From an uncultured Alphaproteobacteria bacterium (GTDB lineage: Bacteria; Pseudomonadota; Alphaproteobacteria; Rs-D84): a DNA stretch of 64,000 bases. Positions 32,735 through 43,398 of this stretch are shown here, in pieces; the stretch's first letter is position 1, and every line of letters starts with the position of its first letter. The DNA lies in contig CAKQEW010000004.1 in NCBI GenBank assembly GCA_934230415.1, positions 1,445 to 65,444 of the forward strand, in the 5' to 3' direction. Both the position numbers and the translations under genes were made by a program. The notes beneath the pieces were generated by a model. That model saw nothing but the letters and a program-made list of their open reading frames with translations. It did not search any database and was not told the DNA's origin.

Positions 32735-34528
32735 TTATCCGACTAATTTTTGCCAGAATGTTTTCTTTTGCGGCTGCTTTTTCCGTTTGCGACGTGGTGC
32801 ATTCATGGTTGTCTTTTTTGCATCCATGTGCTGTGCATCCTTCTTTTTTGCATCTGTGGATGGCGCATATGCGTCCAACAGTTCATCCGTCTTTACCGCG
32901 TCCGGGGCAACACGCTGAATTGAATACTGGTCAATGTTCATCATGCTGTCGTCGCCGACAATCACGATCTCTGTTTCAAATTCAGATTCCATTGCCGCCA
33001 ATTCTGCACGTTTGTGGTTCAGCAAATACACCGCCACATCGGTCGGAACCGTCATGATGATTTTCTGGGCACTTTTCGCCAACAGTTTTTCCTGCAGATG
33101 GCGGAACATAATCAACGCCGCCGTCTGGATAGATGGCACAACGCCGGCCCCCAGACAGTGTGGGCACTGAACATATGATGTTTCAATGAAACTGCTGCGC
33201 AGGCGCTGGCGCGACAACATCAACACGCCAAACGTATTGATTTTCGCAACCTGGGTACGGGCGCGGTCACGTTTCATAACCTCGCGCATTTTCATTTCCA
33301 GTTTGCGGTTGTTGCGTTCTTCTTCCATATCAATAAAGTCAATTGCAACAATCCCCGCCAAATCGCGCAGGCGCAACTGCAGGGCGATTTCTTCGGCCGC
33401 CTCTAAATTAGTATTCAGTGCGGTTTGTTCAATATCTTTTTCCTTTATCGCGCGGGACGAATTCACGTCAATTGTAACCATTGCTTCGGTCTGGTTAATA
33501 ACCAATGACCCACCAGATGGCAACTGAACATACGGACCATGCAATCCTTCTAATTGTTTTTCAACGCCGGCCTTGACCATCAATGGAACCGCGGCGTCCT
33601 TGTAATTTACCAACTGTTTGCGCGGGGCGCGACCATACATCTGTTGAAAATATGTTTTTGCGGCATCATATGCTTCTTCGCCCTGGATAACCAGAACATC
33701 ATCCTTGTCCGCCAAGAAATCACGAACGACACGGCGCAACAGGGAATCTTCGGTATGAATTGTGACCGGGGCGACCGATTCCAGGGTCGTCTTGCGGATT
33801 TCGTTCCACAAATTCACCAGGTAATCATAGTCCGCCGCAATCGCCGCTGCATCGGCACCAAACGCCGCCGTACGCAAAACGACCGTCATCCCCTTTGGTA
33901 TTTTCAGGCCGTGCAAAATTTCGCGCAGACGGGCACGTTCGGCCTTGTCTGAAATCTTTTTAGAAATGCCATAGCTGTTGCGTTTGCGGGAATTTGGCAT
34001 CAGAACGGCAAAACGCCCCGCCAATGACAGGTATGTTGTCATTGACGCGCCCTTTTGGCCACGTTCTTCCTTGACACCCTGAATCAGCAAAATCTGTTTT
34101 GGCTTTATAACATCTTGAATTTTAAATTCACGTGCGCGTTTGACGAACTCTTTGTTGTCTTCGCCGGCACTGTGGTCATCGTATTCGGCAACCTCGTCAT
34201 TTTCGTCATCGGGGTCATCATCGTCATCAACGATGTTCGCATGCGCCAATTCCAACAGTTTCTTTTTCTGTTCTGGCGATACCTGGTAATAATCCGGATG
34301 AATTTCAGAAAACGGCAAGAATCCGTTTTTGCCTGTGCCATAATCCACGAATGCCGCCTGCAACGACGGTTCAACGCGGATAACCTTGGCCAGATAAATG
34401 TTCCCTTTTATCTGGGGCTTTGTTGTTGTTTCAACATCAAAATCAGAAACACGATTGGTCGCAGTATCCACCACCACCACGCGGGTTTCTTCCGGGTGGA
34501 CAGCGTCCACATAGATTTTCTTTGACAT
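32735..34528 (-). CDS. Ribonuclease E/G family endoribonuclease
   Basis: S1 domain GNIYLAKVIRVEPSLQAAFVDYG, acidic insert, VTIDVNS, CPHCLGAG zinc-link motif, basic C-terminal tail. Confidence 0.85.
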   Translation of the reverse strand: MSKKIYVDAVHPEETRVVVVDTATNRVSDFDVETTTKPQIKGNIYLAKVIRVEPSLQAAFVDYGTGKNGFLPFSEIHPDYYQVSPEQKKKLLELAHANIVDDDDDPDDENDEVAEYDDHSAGEDNKEFVKRAREFKIQDVIKPKQILLIQGVKEERGQKGASMTTYLSLAGRFAVLMPNSRKRNSYGISKKISDKAERARLREILHGLKIPKGMTVVLRTAAFGADAAAIAADYDYLVNLWNEIRKTTLESVAPVTIHTEDSLLRRVVRDFLADKDDVLVIQGEEAYDAAKTYFQQMYGRAPRKQLVNYKDAAVPLMVKAGVEKQLEGLHGPYVQLPSGGSLVINQTEAMVTIDVNSSRAIKEKDIEQTALNTNLEAAEEIALQLRLRDLAGIVAIDFIDMEEERNNRKLEMKMREVMKRDRARTQVAKINTFGVLMLSRQRLRSSFIETSYVQCPHCLGAGVVPSIQTAALIMFRHLQEKLLAKSAQKIIMTVPTDVAVYLLNHKRAELAAMESEFETEIVIVGDDSMMNIDQYSIQRVAPDAVKTDELLDAYAPSTDAKKKDAQHMDAKKTTMNAPRRKRKKQPQKKTFWQKLVG

Positions 34529-34735
34529 TTAATAATCCTTTTGTTGCGGGTTCGTATGCAACGGATACATCCCGTCCCCATGGGGCGTCCCAGCCCATGC
34601 CAAGGGAAATCGCCGCATAAACCAGCAGCGCAATCCAGAATGTATAAAATAGCGATAATATAAACACTTGCCTATACCCCATCGTCATACGACAGGTACC
34701 AGCATAACATGCCCAACCCCATCATGGCAAGGTAT

Positions 34736-35764
34736 TTATTTTTTTGTATGCTTAATATTTTTAATCCGCTGGGGAATCTGGGAAATTTTATCTTTTGCCT
34801 CGGCCGCCCAGCGTTTCATGCGCGCCCGCAACCAGCGTTCGTACACGAAAAACAGTCCGCCGACCCCAATCAGTGGCAAAACATAGTAAATAATGCGATA
34901 TGCCAACAGGGCGCCGAAAATGCTGGCCTTGTCCACGTCACCCGGCAACGCCAACAGGAAAACACTTTCAAACACGCCAATGCCGCCTGGAACCTGGCTG
35001 AATACGCCGGTTGTTTGGGCGATAACGAACAGACCGATATATGTGCCAAATGGAATTTCCACAAATGGAATCAGACAGAAATACAAAACCAAACCGGCCA
35101 GAACACTGTCGGTGATGCCCAATAACATCTGTAATGTTGCCATTTTTGTTGACGGCACCTGGAATTTTAATTGGCCGATTTTAATGCTCTTGCCATGGAA
35201 CAAAAATGTCATTGCAAAGTATGCCAGCAACATTGATGTGCAGAAAATAAACAGCGCGTTTAATCCCACAGATACACCCGTTGATGATGTTAAAATATCA
35301 TGTGGTACCAGAAAATATCCAATCAGAACAATTGCCGCACATCCCAAAAAATATGTGAATCCAGATATAGTCAGCATTTTCACAATGTCGCCGCCACGAA
35401 TTCGCCACCGTGTGTACAAACGGTATCTGATGGCGCCACCACTGACCACGGCATGACCGGCGTTATTGCTGATTGCGAACCCCAACATTCCCGCCAACAT
35501 CCATTTCCACCATGTGACCTTCTTGCTTTCGCCGACGTAATTCAGTGCCAGAAAATCATACAGCGACAGCGCAAAATATCCCGCCAGACACGCGCAACAC
35601 GCCGCGAACAGATTTACCAATGGAATCGCCGCAATTGCATGCATAATGTCGTAAAATGTATAATTGCGCAATTGCCACCACAACATGATGGCCGCCAATG
35701 CGAAAAAGAAAATACCTGCATAACTGATGATTTTTTTCATCAGTCGTTTTGCCTGTGCTGACAT
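34736..35764 (-). CDS. Lysylphosphatidylglycerol-synthase TM-region / flippase-like membrane protein (UPF0104)
   Basis: Polytopic membrane protein. ISNNAGHAVVSGGAIRYRLYTRW matches the MprF flippase-domain motif. Start set at MSAQAKRL. Confidence 0.65.
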   Translation of the reverse strand: MSAQAKRLMKKIISYAGIFFFALAAIMLWWQLRNYTFYDIMHAIAAIPLVNLFAACCACLAGYFALSLYDFLALNYVGESKKVTWWKWMLAGMLGFAISNNAGHAVVSGGAIRYRLYTRWRIRGGDIVKMLTISGFTYFLGCAAIVLIGYFLVPHDILTSSTGVSVGLNALFIFCTSMLLAYFAMTFLFHGKSIKIGQLKFQVPSTKMATLQMLLGITDSVLAGLVLYFCLIPFVEIPFGTYIGLFVIAQTTGVFSQVPGGIGVFESVFLLALPGDVDKASIFGALLAYRIIYYVLPLIGVGGLFFVYERWLRARMKRWAAEAKDKISQIPQRIKNIKHTKK

Positions 35765-35891
35765 AAAAATCCTTTCTAACGGTTGCACAGGATACCAGGA
35801 TAGATATGAAAATGCAAACCTAAAAAACATTGCAATTGGGGCGGGGTAATATATACTGGCACATATAATAATACAGCAAAAAGGGTTGAAT

Positions 35892-36608
35892 ATGATGCGT
35901 CCATCAATGCGCAAACCAAATCAAATGCGCCCAGTATCCATGGAAACCGGCGTTAACAAATGGGCCGAAGGTTCGTGCCTGATAAAAATGGGTGGAACCC
36001 AGGTTCTGTGTACGGCCAGCGTTGATTTGAACCAGCCATTGTGGAAACGTGTCCAGAATAAAACAGGCGGATGGGTAACCGCGGAATATTCCATGTTGCC
36101 ACGTGCATGCGGCACGCGCAAGGGACGCGATGCCATTGCCAAGGATCATCGCAGTGCGGAAATATCGCGCCTGATTGGGCGTGCGTTTCGCAGTGTGGTT
36201 GATATGGATGCGTTGGGGCGACACACGATAACAATTGATTGCGACGTGATTCAGGCCGATGGTGGCACGCGGTGCGCATCCATTACGGGTGGTTTTGTTG
36301 CATTATCATTGGCGGTACGTCACCTGATACAGGCGGGGCGTATATCCCAGAATCCAATACGTGAACACGTTGCCGCGATTTCTGCGGGGCTGTGGAATGG
36401 TGAACTGGTTTTGGATTTGGATTATGACGAAGATTGCACCGCCGAATTGGATTCTAATTTCGTTGTTGCCGAATCCGGTCGGTTTGTAGAGGTCCAGGCC
36501 ACCGGCGAACAACATCCGTTTACCCAGGAACAAATTACAGAACTGATGAATCTGGGGGCCGATGGGTGCCGAAAATTGATTGAATTACAGAAACAGGTAT
36601 TGGAATAA
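35892..36608 (+). CDS. rph: Ribonuclease PH
   Basis: MRPVSMETGVNKWAEGSCLIKMGGTQVLCTASV, TIDCDVIQADGGTR. Confidence 0.9.
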   Translation: MMRPSMRKPNQMRPVSMETGVNKWAEGSCLIKMGGTQVLCTASVDLNQPLWKRVQNKTGGWVTAEYSMLPRACGTRKGRDAIAKDHRSAEISRLIGRAFRSVVDMDALGRHTITIDCDVIQADGGTRCASITGGFVALSLAVRHLIQAGRISQNPIREHVAAISAGLWNGELVLDLDYDEDCTAELDSNFVVAESGRFVEVQATGEQHPFTQEQITELMNLGADGCRKLIELQKQVLE

Positions 36609-36683
36609 AGAAAACTGTGCCACGTGGCACAGTTTTTTATTACGAGAGTATTTTTACAAAAAACGGGGCGATGCCCCGTTTTG

Positions 36684-37940
36684 TTATCTGGTCTTTTGCG
36701 GTTTGGCAAATGAATAATCCATTTTCAGATGATTTGGATTATATGTGCCGTTCATGATTGCCAGTGTATCTTCAACGATAACCAATTCTTCGTTGGTTGC
36801 AATCATGAATACCTTTACCGGGCTGTCAGGTGTGCTGATAACGGCCTGGTCAACGCCCTTGCGCGCCAATGCGGCGGCATTCTTTTCGCGGTCCAGTTTA
36901 ACGCCCAGACCTTCTAATCCGGTGCAGAAACGTTCGCGCAGGTAATCGTCGTTTTCACCAACGCCCGCGGTGAACACCAATGCATCGGTGTGACCCAGTT
37001 CGGCCATATATGCGCCAATGTATTTTTTTACATTGTGCACTTCTGTATCAATGGCCAGGCGGCATTTATCGTTGCCATCCTTGTTCTGTTCCACATCGCG
37101 ACGGTCGGCAAAGCATTCTGTCAATCCCATCAGACCGGAATCCTTGTTCAGGTGTTTCTGCATCTGGTCCGGGCTCAGGTGCAATGTATTCATAACATAC
37201 AATACGGCACCCGGGTCCAGGTCGCCTGGGCGTGTACCCATGGTCAGACCGGCGGTCGGTGTCATACCCATTGATGTATCAACGGAAATACCGTTTTTGA
37301 TTGCGGTCGCCGATGCCCCAGAACCAATGTGCAATGTTACCAGGTTGCACTGGTCGGCGGGTTTGCCCAACATTGTTGCGGCGCGCTTGGATACATACAG
37401 GTGTGACGTCCCGTGGAACCCATAACGGCGGACGCCCAATTCAGTGTACCATGCCGATGGCACCGCATAGCGGTACGCGTAATCCGGCATTGTCTGGTGG
37501 AACGCGGTATCAAATACGGCAACCTGTTTTGCGTTTGGCAGCAATTGCTTTGCGGTTACGATACCCATCAGTGCTGGTGGGTTGTGCAACGGCGCCAATG
37601 GCGACAGTTCGCTGATAGTTTTCATAACATCATCCGTAATCGCCACAGACGATGCGAATTTATCACCACCCATAACAACACGGTGACCAACACCCTTAAT
37701 CTCGTTCAGGTCAATGGATGCATCGCGCAACATGAACAGGACGACATTCAATGCCTCGTCATGATTTTTCATAACGGTTTCTTTGCGTTGCTTGGTGCCG
37801 TCAGGATACTTTTGCGTAACAAAAGAATCCGGCAGACCGATTTTTTCCACATTTCCACCAACGATGGCCTGTTTGGAATTTGCGTCAAAAACCTGGTACT
37901 TTAATGATGAAGAACCACAGTTTAATGCAAGTATGTACAT
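36684..37940 (-). CDS. ackA: Acetate kinase
   Basis: ILALNCGSSSLKY, GHRVVMGG, FHGTSH, HIGSGAS, FTAGVGEN. Confidence 0.92.
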   Translation of the reverse strand: MYILALNCGSSSLKYQVFDANSKQAIVGGNVEKIGLPDSFVTQKYPDGTKQRKETVMKNHDEALNVVLFMLRDASIDLNEIKGVGHRVVMGGDKFASSVAITDDVMKTISELSPLAPLHNPPALMGIVTAKQLLPNAKQVAVFDTAFHQTMPDYAYRYAVPSAWYTELGVRRYGFHGTSHLYVSKRAATMLGKPADQCNLVTLHIGSGASATAIKNGISVDTSMGMTPTAGLTMGTRPGDLDPGAVLYVMNTLHLSPDQMQKHLNKDSGLMGLTECFADRRDVEQNKDGNDKCRLAIDTEVHNVKKYIGAYMAELGHTDALVFTAGVGENDDYLRERFCTGLEGLGVKLDREKNAAALARKGVDQAVISTPDSPVKVFMIATNEELVIVEDTLAIMNGTYNPNHLKMDYSFAKPQKTR

Positions 37941-37998
37941 TTGTTTCCTCTTTTCTGTTTTTAATACGCGCCCAGCATAGCAGAGTATTTTACGCGTT

Positions 37999-38562
37999 TC
38001 AACAGTAAACTCGGAATATTACGCGCCAATTTTGGATGGTAATATTTGTTGTTACCCCGGTGTCGCGGTGTGAAACCCATATCGGGTCGCCCCCAACCAT
38101 TTGCCGCACGTGCAGGCCACCGTCATCTGAAAACGCCAGTGGGGTGGGGTTGGCGCGGGTGCCAATGCCGTATGATGCAACAATGTCGTCCGCGCTGTAC
38201 CCGCATTCGGCGGTTTTGCATACCAGTGCCGCCGATACAAAAATTGGGGTGCGGGCGCGGCTGAATATGTATTCTTGGCCTGTGGTGTTGGTCAGTTCCA
38301 TTTCAGACGATGTCAGCATTGTTGGCGCGGTGGTCGCGTGTTTCGCAAACAGTTCATCCCAGAAATCATCAGACACAGACGTGATATCAAATTCTGATTT
38401 TACCACATCGTCGGCACGCGCCAGTGCGAATCCGCCCAGCGTTTCACCATCGTGCACGCGCAGTGTCTTTGTGTCTGTATCCATTGTAATTTCCCCAGAC
38501 ATACCGGTAAAATTGTTGTTCTGTGCGGCGGTGCCGCGGCGAATTTGTAAAATTCGTGCCAT
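37999..38562 (-). CDS. Phage tail-fibre-like protein with Mtd_N / HylP-type N-terminal motif (orphan)
   Basis: MARILQIRRGTAAQNNNFTGMSGEITMDTDTKTLRVHDGETLGG is the RRGT..W....L..GE...DTD....K.GDG motif of phage fibre and Mtd N-termini. Confidence 0.55.
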   Translation of the reverse strand: MARILQIRRGTAAQNNNFTGMSGEITMDTDTKTLRVHDGETLGGFALARADDVVKSEFDITSVSDDFWDELFAKHATTAPTMLTSSEMELTNTTGQEYIFSRARTPIFVSAALVCKTAECGYSADDIVASYGIGTRANPTPLAFSDDGGLHVRQMVGGDPIWVSHRDTGVTTNITIQNWRVIFRVYC

Positions 38563-38672
38563 GTTAGTTCCTTATATTTAATATTGGTTGATTTGTGTAA
38601 TAAAAAACACCGCCATTGGCGGTGTCGTTATGTGACGTATTATACCACAAATTGCCCAAAAAGGCAACGGAT

Positions 38673-41048
38673 TTATGCCGTGTGCCCATACGCGTTCAGG
38701 TATTCCTGGAACAGGGCGTTGCCATTGAAATTCTTTTGTTTCTTTTTGGCGCTGCCCAGACTCCACGAATACAACTTGCCCGTGTGGGTGTTGCGCCCGG
38801 TTTCCAAGAAATCCCAATACGCCATCAGTTCGCGATATTTATCCTTGTTGTTCTCGTCCCAGTTGGCAATTTTTTCATCATGTTCGGCCTGGCGTTTTTT
38901 TTCTTCGGCGATTTTTGCCGTGGCATTTTTGAAATCAGTGATTTTCGCGCCGATTTCATTATATTTATCTGACGCATCGGTATATGCCTTGTTATCTGCC
39001 TGTTTCGCAGGATCGTTAATATAAGCCGTGGCATAGGCATTATTAGCAATCAAGTACTGTTGTCTGGCGACATCTGGCATATCGGCTGCCAGTAATTGCC
39101 GTTCACCGGTCCATTGTGTATAATCGTCCAGTTCGGCGTCGGTCAGTTTTATGCCCGCGTTATATTTGGCCTCTAACGGTTTTATGCGTACGTCCAGGTC
39201 ATTTATCCTTTTTGCCAAATCCGTCATAGTCTTGTAATCATCAACGATTTGCTGGTTTTCCTGGAACATGTTATGCGCCACCGCATACCTATCCATCGTT
39301 CCTTTCAGGGTGGCGCGGTCTGCCTCGCGATCGGCGATTTTATCACTGGTATAATCCGCCCCTAACCCGGTCAGTGTTGCCTGGTGACGCGCGATTTCGG
39401 CATCGGATGTTGCGCGCACACGGTCGCGGTCGGCAACAATGGTGGCACGTTCTGCACTGGTCTTGTCAGCCCATTTGGTGCGTTCATTGGCCAGGCGTTT
39501 TGATTTACCCTTAAACTTGTTGCGGGACAGATTGTATATGTTGCCCGCCATGGTGAATCCGTATCCAATCCCCATGAGTGCGGCCTTGATACTCTTGGTC
39601 ATGGCGGTTGTGACCAATCGAGTCCCGGAATTATTGTTCCACGACAGTCCTGAAAACAGGTCCAGGTTCTCTTTGCCCAATGCATCCATAATTTTACTGG
39701 TGGTATACCCATAGTGCATTACCGACAAAACCTCCATCGCGGTTTTGGCCTCTGCAATTTTCTGTGGGTTGTTATTTATTGCCTTGGTAATAATCTCTTC
39801 CACCAGTGCCCGCATCTGGTTGCCGTGCGACAGGGCACCCGCAAATGCCTTTGGCATATCTTTCTTTAAGTCGCCCAGGACCCCCGTCATCCACTTGAAA
39901 TGGTCGGCGGCCTTGTTATTCTTGGCGCGCACGCGGTCGGTGATTGCCGATGCACTGGCCAATATTTTATCCAGGCCATCGGTCGGTTTGATTTTTTCTT
40001 TATCAATTGCCTTGAAAATATATTCCGCATTGGGTGATGCAAACATACGGTCGCCCGTTAATTTCAGATATTTTTTCAGGTAATTTGAATATGTCTCGGC
40101 CCAGGCGTCTTTTAATTTTTCAATATCGCTCAGTTCATCTTGGCGTTTTGGCGGAACAAAATCCTTGCTGTCTTTGTTGTCGTAATCTAAAAAATTCTTG
40201 GCCTCATCCAGTTTCTTGGATATCTTGCTGGTGTCATAGGCCTTGAATACCTCAAACGCCTTGGAATTAGTATATAAATCTCTCAGCAGTTTGTCGTAGC
40301 CGAACGAAGATGTTTTAAAGTCTACCAGTGTACCGTCATCAATGGCCTTGTTATCAAAGTTTTCCCTGATATTTTTAAACAGGTTATAATCTATCGTGAC
40401 ATGGCTGTTATTCAGTGCAGCGCGAACCGCATTTGGGTCCGAACCGTACAGGGCGGTATTTAACCAAGAGCTGGCAATGCTTATCACCTTGTCGCGAAAT
40501 TCTGGGTCTTTGTTGTATTTCCCGTTTCCTAAGCCTTTGGTTAAATCGTCGTACGAGATTATACCCCCATTGTCCACAACATACCGAAGCGTGGATTCAT
40601 TGTCGGACAATACCCTTTGCAATAAAGTGATTTCTTTTTCTGTTTCGTCGGTCGCCTTGGTTGGCTGAAACAATTTGCCATCGCCATAATATTTATCCAG
40701 AAAGTTTCTGGCCGGGTCGTTGTATACAAGGCTGCCCCTGTTACTGGCCATTTTCATGAACGCGTCACGAAATGCGTTAAACAAATCAGCCCACTGGTTG
40801 TCATCCAGTTCATATTCGCCAGATGTCGGATCGGGCAATTCCTTGCGCACCAGGATGCCGTGGGCGTCCTTTTTATATTCACCGGCCGCGTCTTTTTCCA
40901 GCAGGTCCCGCGCCCAATATTTCTGGTTGCCGGTAAAGTCTTTGCTCTTTACAATGTCGCAAAAGCGTGAAAACTGGGCCGCTGGCATTTCCAGAAATAT
41001 CAGCCGTTTGTAATATTCATCAACAAATTCGTCCCACTTCTTGGCCAT
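38673..41048 (-). CDS. Large hypothetical protein (~791 aa), helical, Lys/Asp/Asn-rich
   Basis: Long ORF; start set at MAKKWDEF. No signal peptide, no family recognised; central hydrophobic pair near MGIGYGFTMAG. Confidence 0.6.
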   Translation of the reverse strand: MAKKWDEFVDEYYKRLIFLEMPAAQFSRFCDIVKSKDFTGNQKYWARDLLEKDAAGEYKKDAHGILVRKELPDPTSGEYELDDNQWADLFNAFRDAFMKMASNRGSLVYNDPARNFLDKYYGDGKLFQPTKATDETEKEITLLQRVLSDNESTLRYVVDNGGIISYDDLTKGLGNGKYNKDPEFRDKVISIASSWLNTALYGSDPNAVRAALNNSHVTIDYNLFKNIRENFDNKAIDDGTLVDFKTSSFGYDKLLRDLYTNSKAFEVFKAYDTSKISKKLDEAKNFLDYDNKDSKDFVPPKRQDELSDIEKLKDAWAETYSNYLKKYLKLTGDRMFASPNAEYIFKAIDKEKIKPTDGLDKILASASAITDRVRAKNNKAADHFKWMTGVLGDLKKDMPKAFAGALSHGNQMRALVEEIITKAINNNPQKIAEAKTAMEVLSVMHYGYTTSKIMDALGKENLDLFSGLSWNNNSGTRLVTTAMTKSIKAALMGIGYGFTMAGNIYNLSRNKFKGKSKRLANERTKWADKTSAERATIVADRDRVRATSDAEIARHQATLTGLGADYTSDKIADREADRATLKGTMDRYAVAHNMFQENQQIVDDYKTMTDLAKRINDLDVRIKPLEAKYNAGIKLTDAELDDYTQWTGERQLLAADMPDVARQQYLIANNAYATAYINDPAKQADNKAYTDASDKYNEIGAKITDFKNATAKIAEEKKRQAEHDEKIANWDENNKDKYRELMAYWDFLETGRNTHTGKLYSWSLGSAKKKQKNFNGNALFQEYLNAYGHTA

Positions 41049-41170
41049 TGGTGAACCCCTTGTTTGGTACAGATAACCCCGACACACATAATTATAGTGC
41101 ATTTCCACGAAAAAATCAATACACAGACCGGAATTTTAGTGTATAATACCGCCCAGAGAGAGTAACCCCC

Positions 41171-42403
41171 ATGGCCACAAAAAATTCTGTGCATGATTTT
41201 TTGATTAACATGTACGGATACACGTTTTTTAATTACCTGATGTGGGTGGAACCGGTGTATCCCATTTATATGCAGATGCACGGGGCCAGTGATTTTGGCA
41301 TATCGGCGTTGTTGATGTTATGGTCGGTGGGCGTTATTGTAACGCAATTGCCGATTGCATTGCTGGCGCGCCGTTTTGGTGCCCGGAATGTTCTGTTTGC
41401 CGGCCTGGCGATAAAGGCGGCGGCGATTATCATGTGGCTGGTGTGGCCACAAATGCTGGGGTTCGCAATTGGTATGTTCCTGTGGGGAATGCAGGGCGCA
41501 ATTTACAATGTTGTATCCGAAGATGTTATGTACGATGAACTGCGCGCGCGGCAAAACGTACTGGTATATGAACGTGTGTTGGGCCGGCGACGTAATATCG
41601 CGACAATTGGTATTGCGTGTTCGGCGGCCGGTTCATTACTGATGGTATGGGGATATGCATGGGTAACGGCACTGTCGGTGGTGTCGTTGGTGTTTTCAAT
41701 GCTGTTTTTAACACGTATGCAATTGGTCCAGAAATATTCCGGGGTCCAGACCGATGGGGCGTCCACATTATCTGCAATTAAATCGGCGGTTCGCGTTATG
41801 CGTGCGTCGCCGGCACTGGTTGGTGTGTTGATAATCAGTGTTTTGGTGACAAATTTTTCGTACCTGAACGATTATTTGTCGCTGATTGGATATGGAATTG
41901 GTATACCGGTTGAATTTGTTGGCATTGTGCCGTTCTTTATCCTGGGGGCCCAGGTCCTGGGCCAGGGTATCGCCCATCGTTTTGTTGGAATGCGTCCATC
42001 GGTTATGTTCGCACTGATAATGGTTGTTGGTGTATTGTACGGCGTGTTTGCGGTGCACTATAATATGTGGGGACTGATTGCGCTGGGGGTGGCGTATGTT
42101 GTGTGTTCCATTATAAAAATATTGCTGTATGGTCGGTTCCAGAATATGACACCATCGCAAAATCGGATGGAGGTTTTATCGTTTTACAGCATCGCCGACC
42201 AGGCGTCATATCTGGTTATGTGCCTGGTTATTGGATTGGGGTCAACGCTGGGCGGGTGGCGATACAGTATCGCGATTATGGCGGTGCTGATGTGTATGTT
42301 GGCGATTGGGGCATTGGAATTCATGCGTCGTCATATGCATCGCGGTATGATGCCACGGCCCGCCCCCGGTGCCAGTGTGCGCCCCGGCGTGGTAATGCAA
42401 TAA
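41171..42403 (+). CDS. MFS transporter
   Basis: About 12 hydrophobic segments; LLARRFGARN loop 2-3 motif. Confidence 0.8.
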   Translation: MATKNSVHDFLINMYGYTFFNYLMWVEPVYPIYMQMHGASDFGISALLMLWSVGVIVTQLPIALLARRFGARNVLFAGLAIKAAAIIMWLVWPQMLGFAIGMFLWGMQGAIYNVVSEDVMYDELRARQNVLVYERVLGRRRNIATIGIACSAAGSLLMVWGYAWVTALSVVSLVFSMLFLTRMQLVQKYSGVQTDGASTLSAIKSAVRVMRASPALVGVLIISVLVTNFSYLNDYLSLIGYGIGIPVEFVGIVPFFILGAQVLGQGIAHRFVGMRPSVMFALIMVVGVLYGVFAVHYNMWGLIALGVAYVVCSIIKILLYGRFQNMTPSQNRMEVLSFYSIADQASYLVMCLVIGLGSTLGGWRYSIAIMAVLMCMLAIGALEFMRRHMHRGMMPRPAPGASVRPGVVMQ

Positions 42404-42469
42404 TTCAGATTGGGACCCTAGACATTTGTTCCTGTGATTTTGTTGCGCGGTTTCTGGTATGCTGACCAC

Positions 42470-43144
42470 ATGGCGATACATTTGCGTGATGTTTTCCTGA
42501 AAAGTATTCCATACCTGCTGTCAATTGCGGGTGGGGTGGCGGTGTTCACATTGACCAAGGATAATATTGCGGACAAAGAGTTGGCCGATTTAATGACGAA
42601 TATTGCGGCATCGTTGCTGTCAATACCGTTGGTGTTTTTGTTGTACGACTATTCTAATTCGCGAATTTCCAGCAAACTCAGCACGACACTGGCGGCAAAC
42701 ATGCGGGACAAGATAAATGTGTTGGTACTGAATGCAATCATGTTGTTGCGGCGGGCGATTGGGATTCGTGGGCGCGCAACACTGGAATCATTGAACCGGA
42801 TGGACGGACTGACGGTGACGGACATCGCGCGGAAAATTAACCTGACGCGGCCCCAGATTGAAACCCTGCGTGGATACCATTTGGATTTGGAGGGTTTGCT
42901 GTACCGCGCAGCCCAGGCCGACCTGTTGACGGCGCCCCAGGTTCAGACCCTGGCGGGGTTGGGGCGGGAAATATTGCACCTGGTCAATGAAACGCGATAC
43001 CGCAACAGTCGCACGGTCATTGCCCATCATGTTGCGGCAATCGTTACGCACGTGACCGATTGGCTGGACGCGGATGCGGGTGGGGCGATTGATTTCCAGC
43101 AATTATTGGCGGCGGCCCAGTCGCGCCCAACAAAAAATAAATAA
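42470..43144 (+). CDS. Hypothetical membrane-anchored protein
   Basis: Two N-terminal TM helices followed by a helical soluble domain. Confidence 0.5.
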   Translation: MAIHLRDVFLKSIPYLLSIAGGVAVFTLTKDNIADKELADLMTNIAASLLSIPLVFLLYDYSNSRISSKLSTTLAANMRDKINVLVLNAIMLLRRAIGIRGRATLESLNRMDGLTVTDIARKINLTRPQIETLRGYHLDLEGLLYRAAQADLLTAPQVQTLAGLGREILHLVNETRYRNSRTVIAHHVAAIVTHVTDWLDADAGGAIDFQQLLAAAQSRPTKNK

Positions 43145-43240
43145 CAGTGCGATTTTTTCTTGATTTTTGTTTTTGATTGTGTCAGAATTTGCCCCGAACC
43201 TTGAACAGAGGGCGCAAGCCCCAGATTCAGGTTCCGTTTT

Positions 43241-43316
43241 GGGGACATAGCTCAGTTGGTAGAGCAAATGACTTTTAATCATTGGGTCCAGGGTTCGAGT
43301 CCCTGTGTCCCCACCA
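43241..43316 (+). tRNA. tRNA-Lys (anticodon UUU), CCA encoded
   Basis: GGGGACATAGCTCAGTTGGTAGAGC, anticodon loop CTTTTAA, T-loop TTCGAGT, acceptor TGTCCCC-A-CCA. Confidence 0.95.
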
Positions 43317-43398
43317 GGAAAATTCAACGGTCGCGTCAGCGGCCGTTTAATTTTTGTCGGACACGGGACGATTTTATGCTATAATCTGGTGAAAGGAA

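Noticed and set aside
37999-38562. Diversity-generating retroelement (the Mtd-type N-terminus suggested one)
   Set aside because: No reverse transcriptase ORF, template repeat or variable-repeat pair was seen anywhere in the window.
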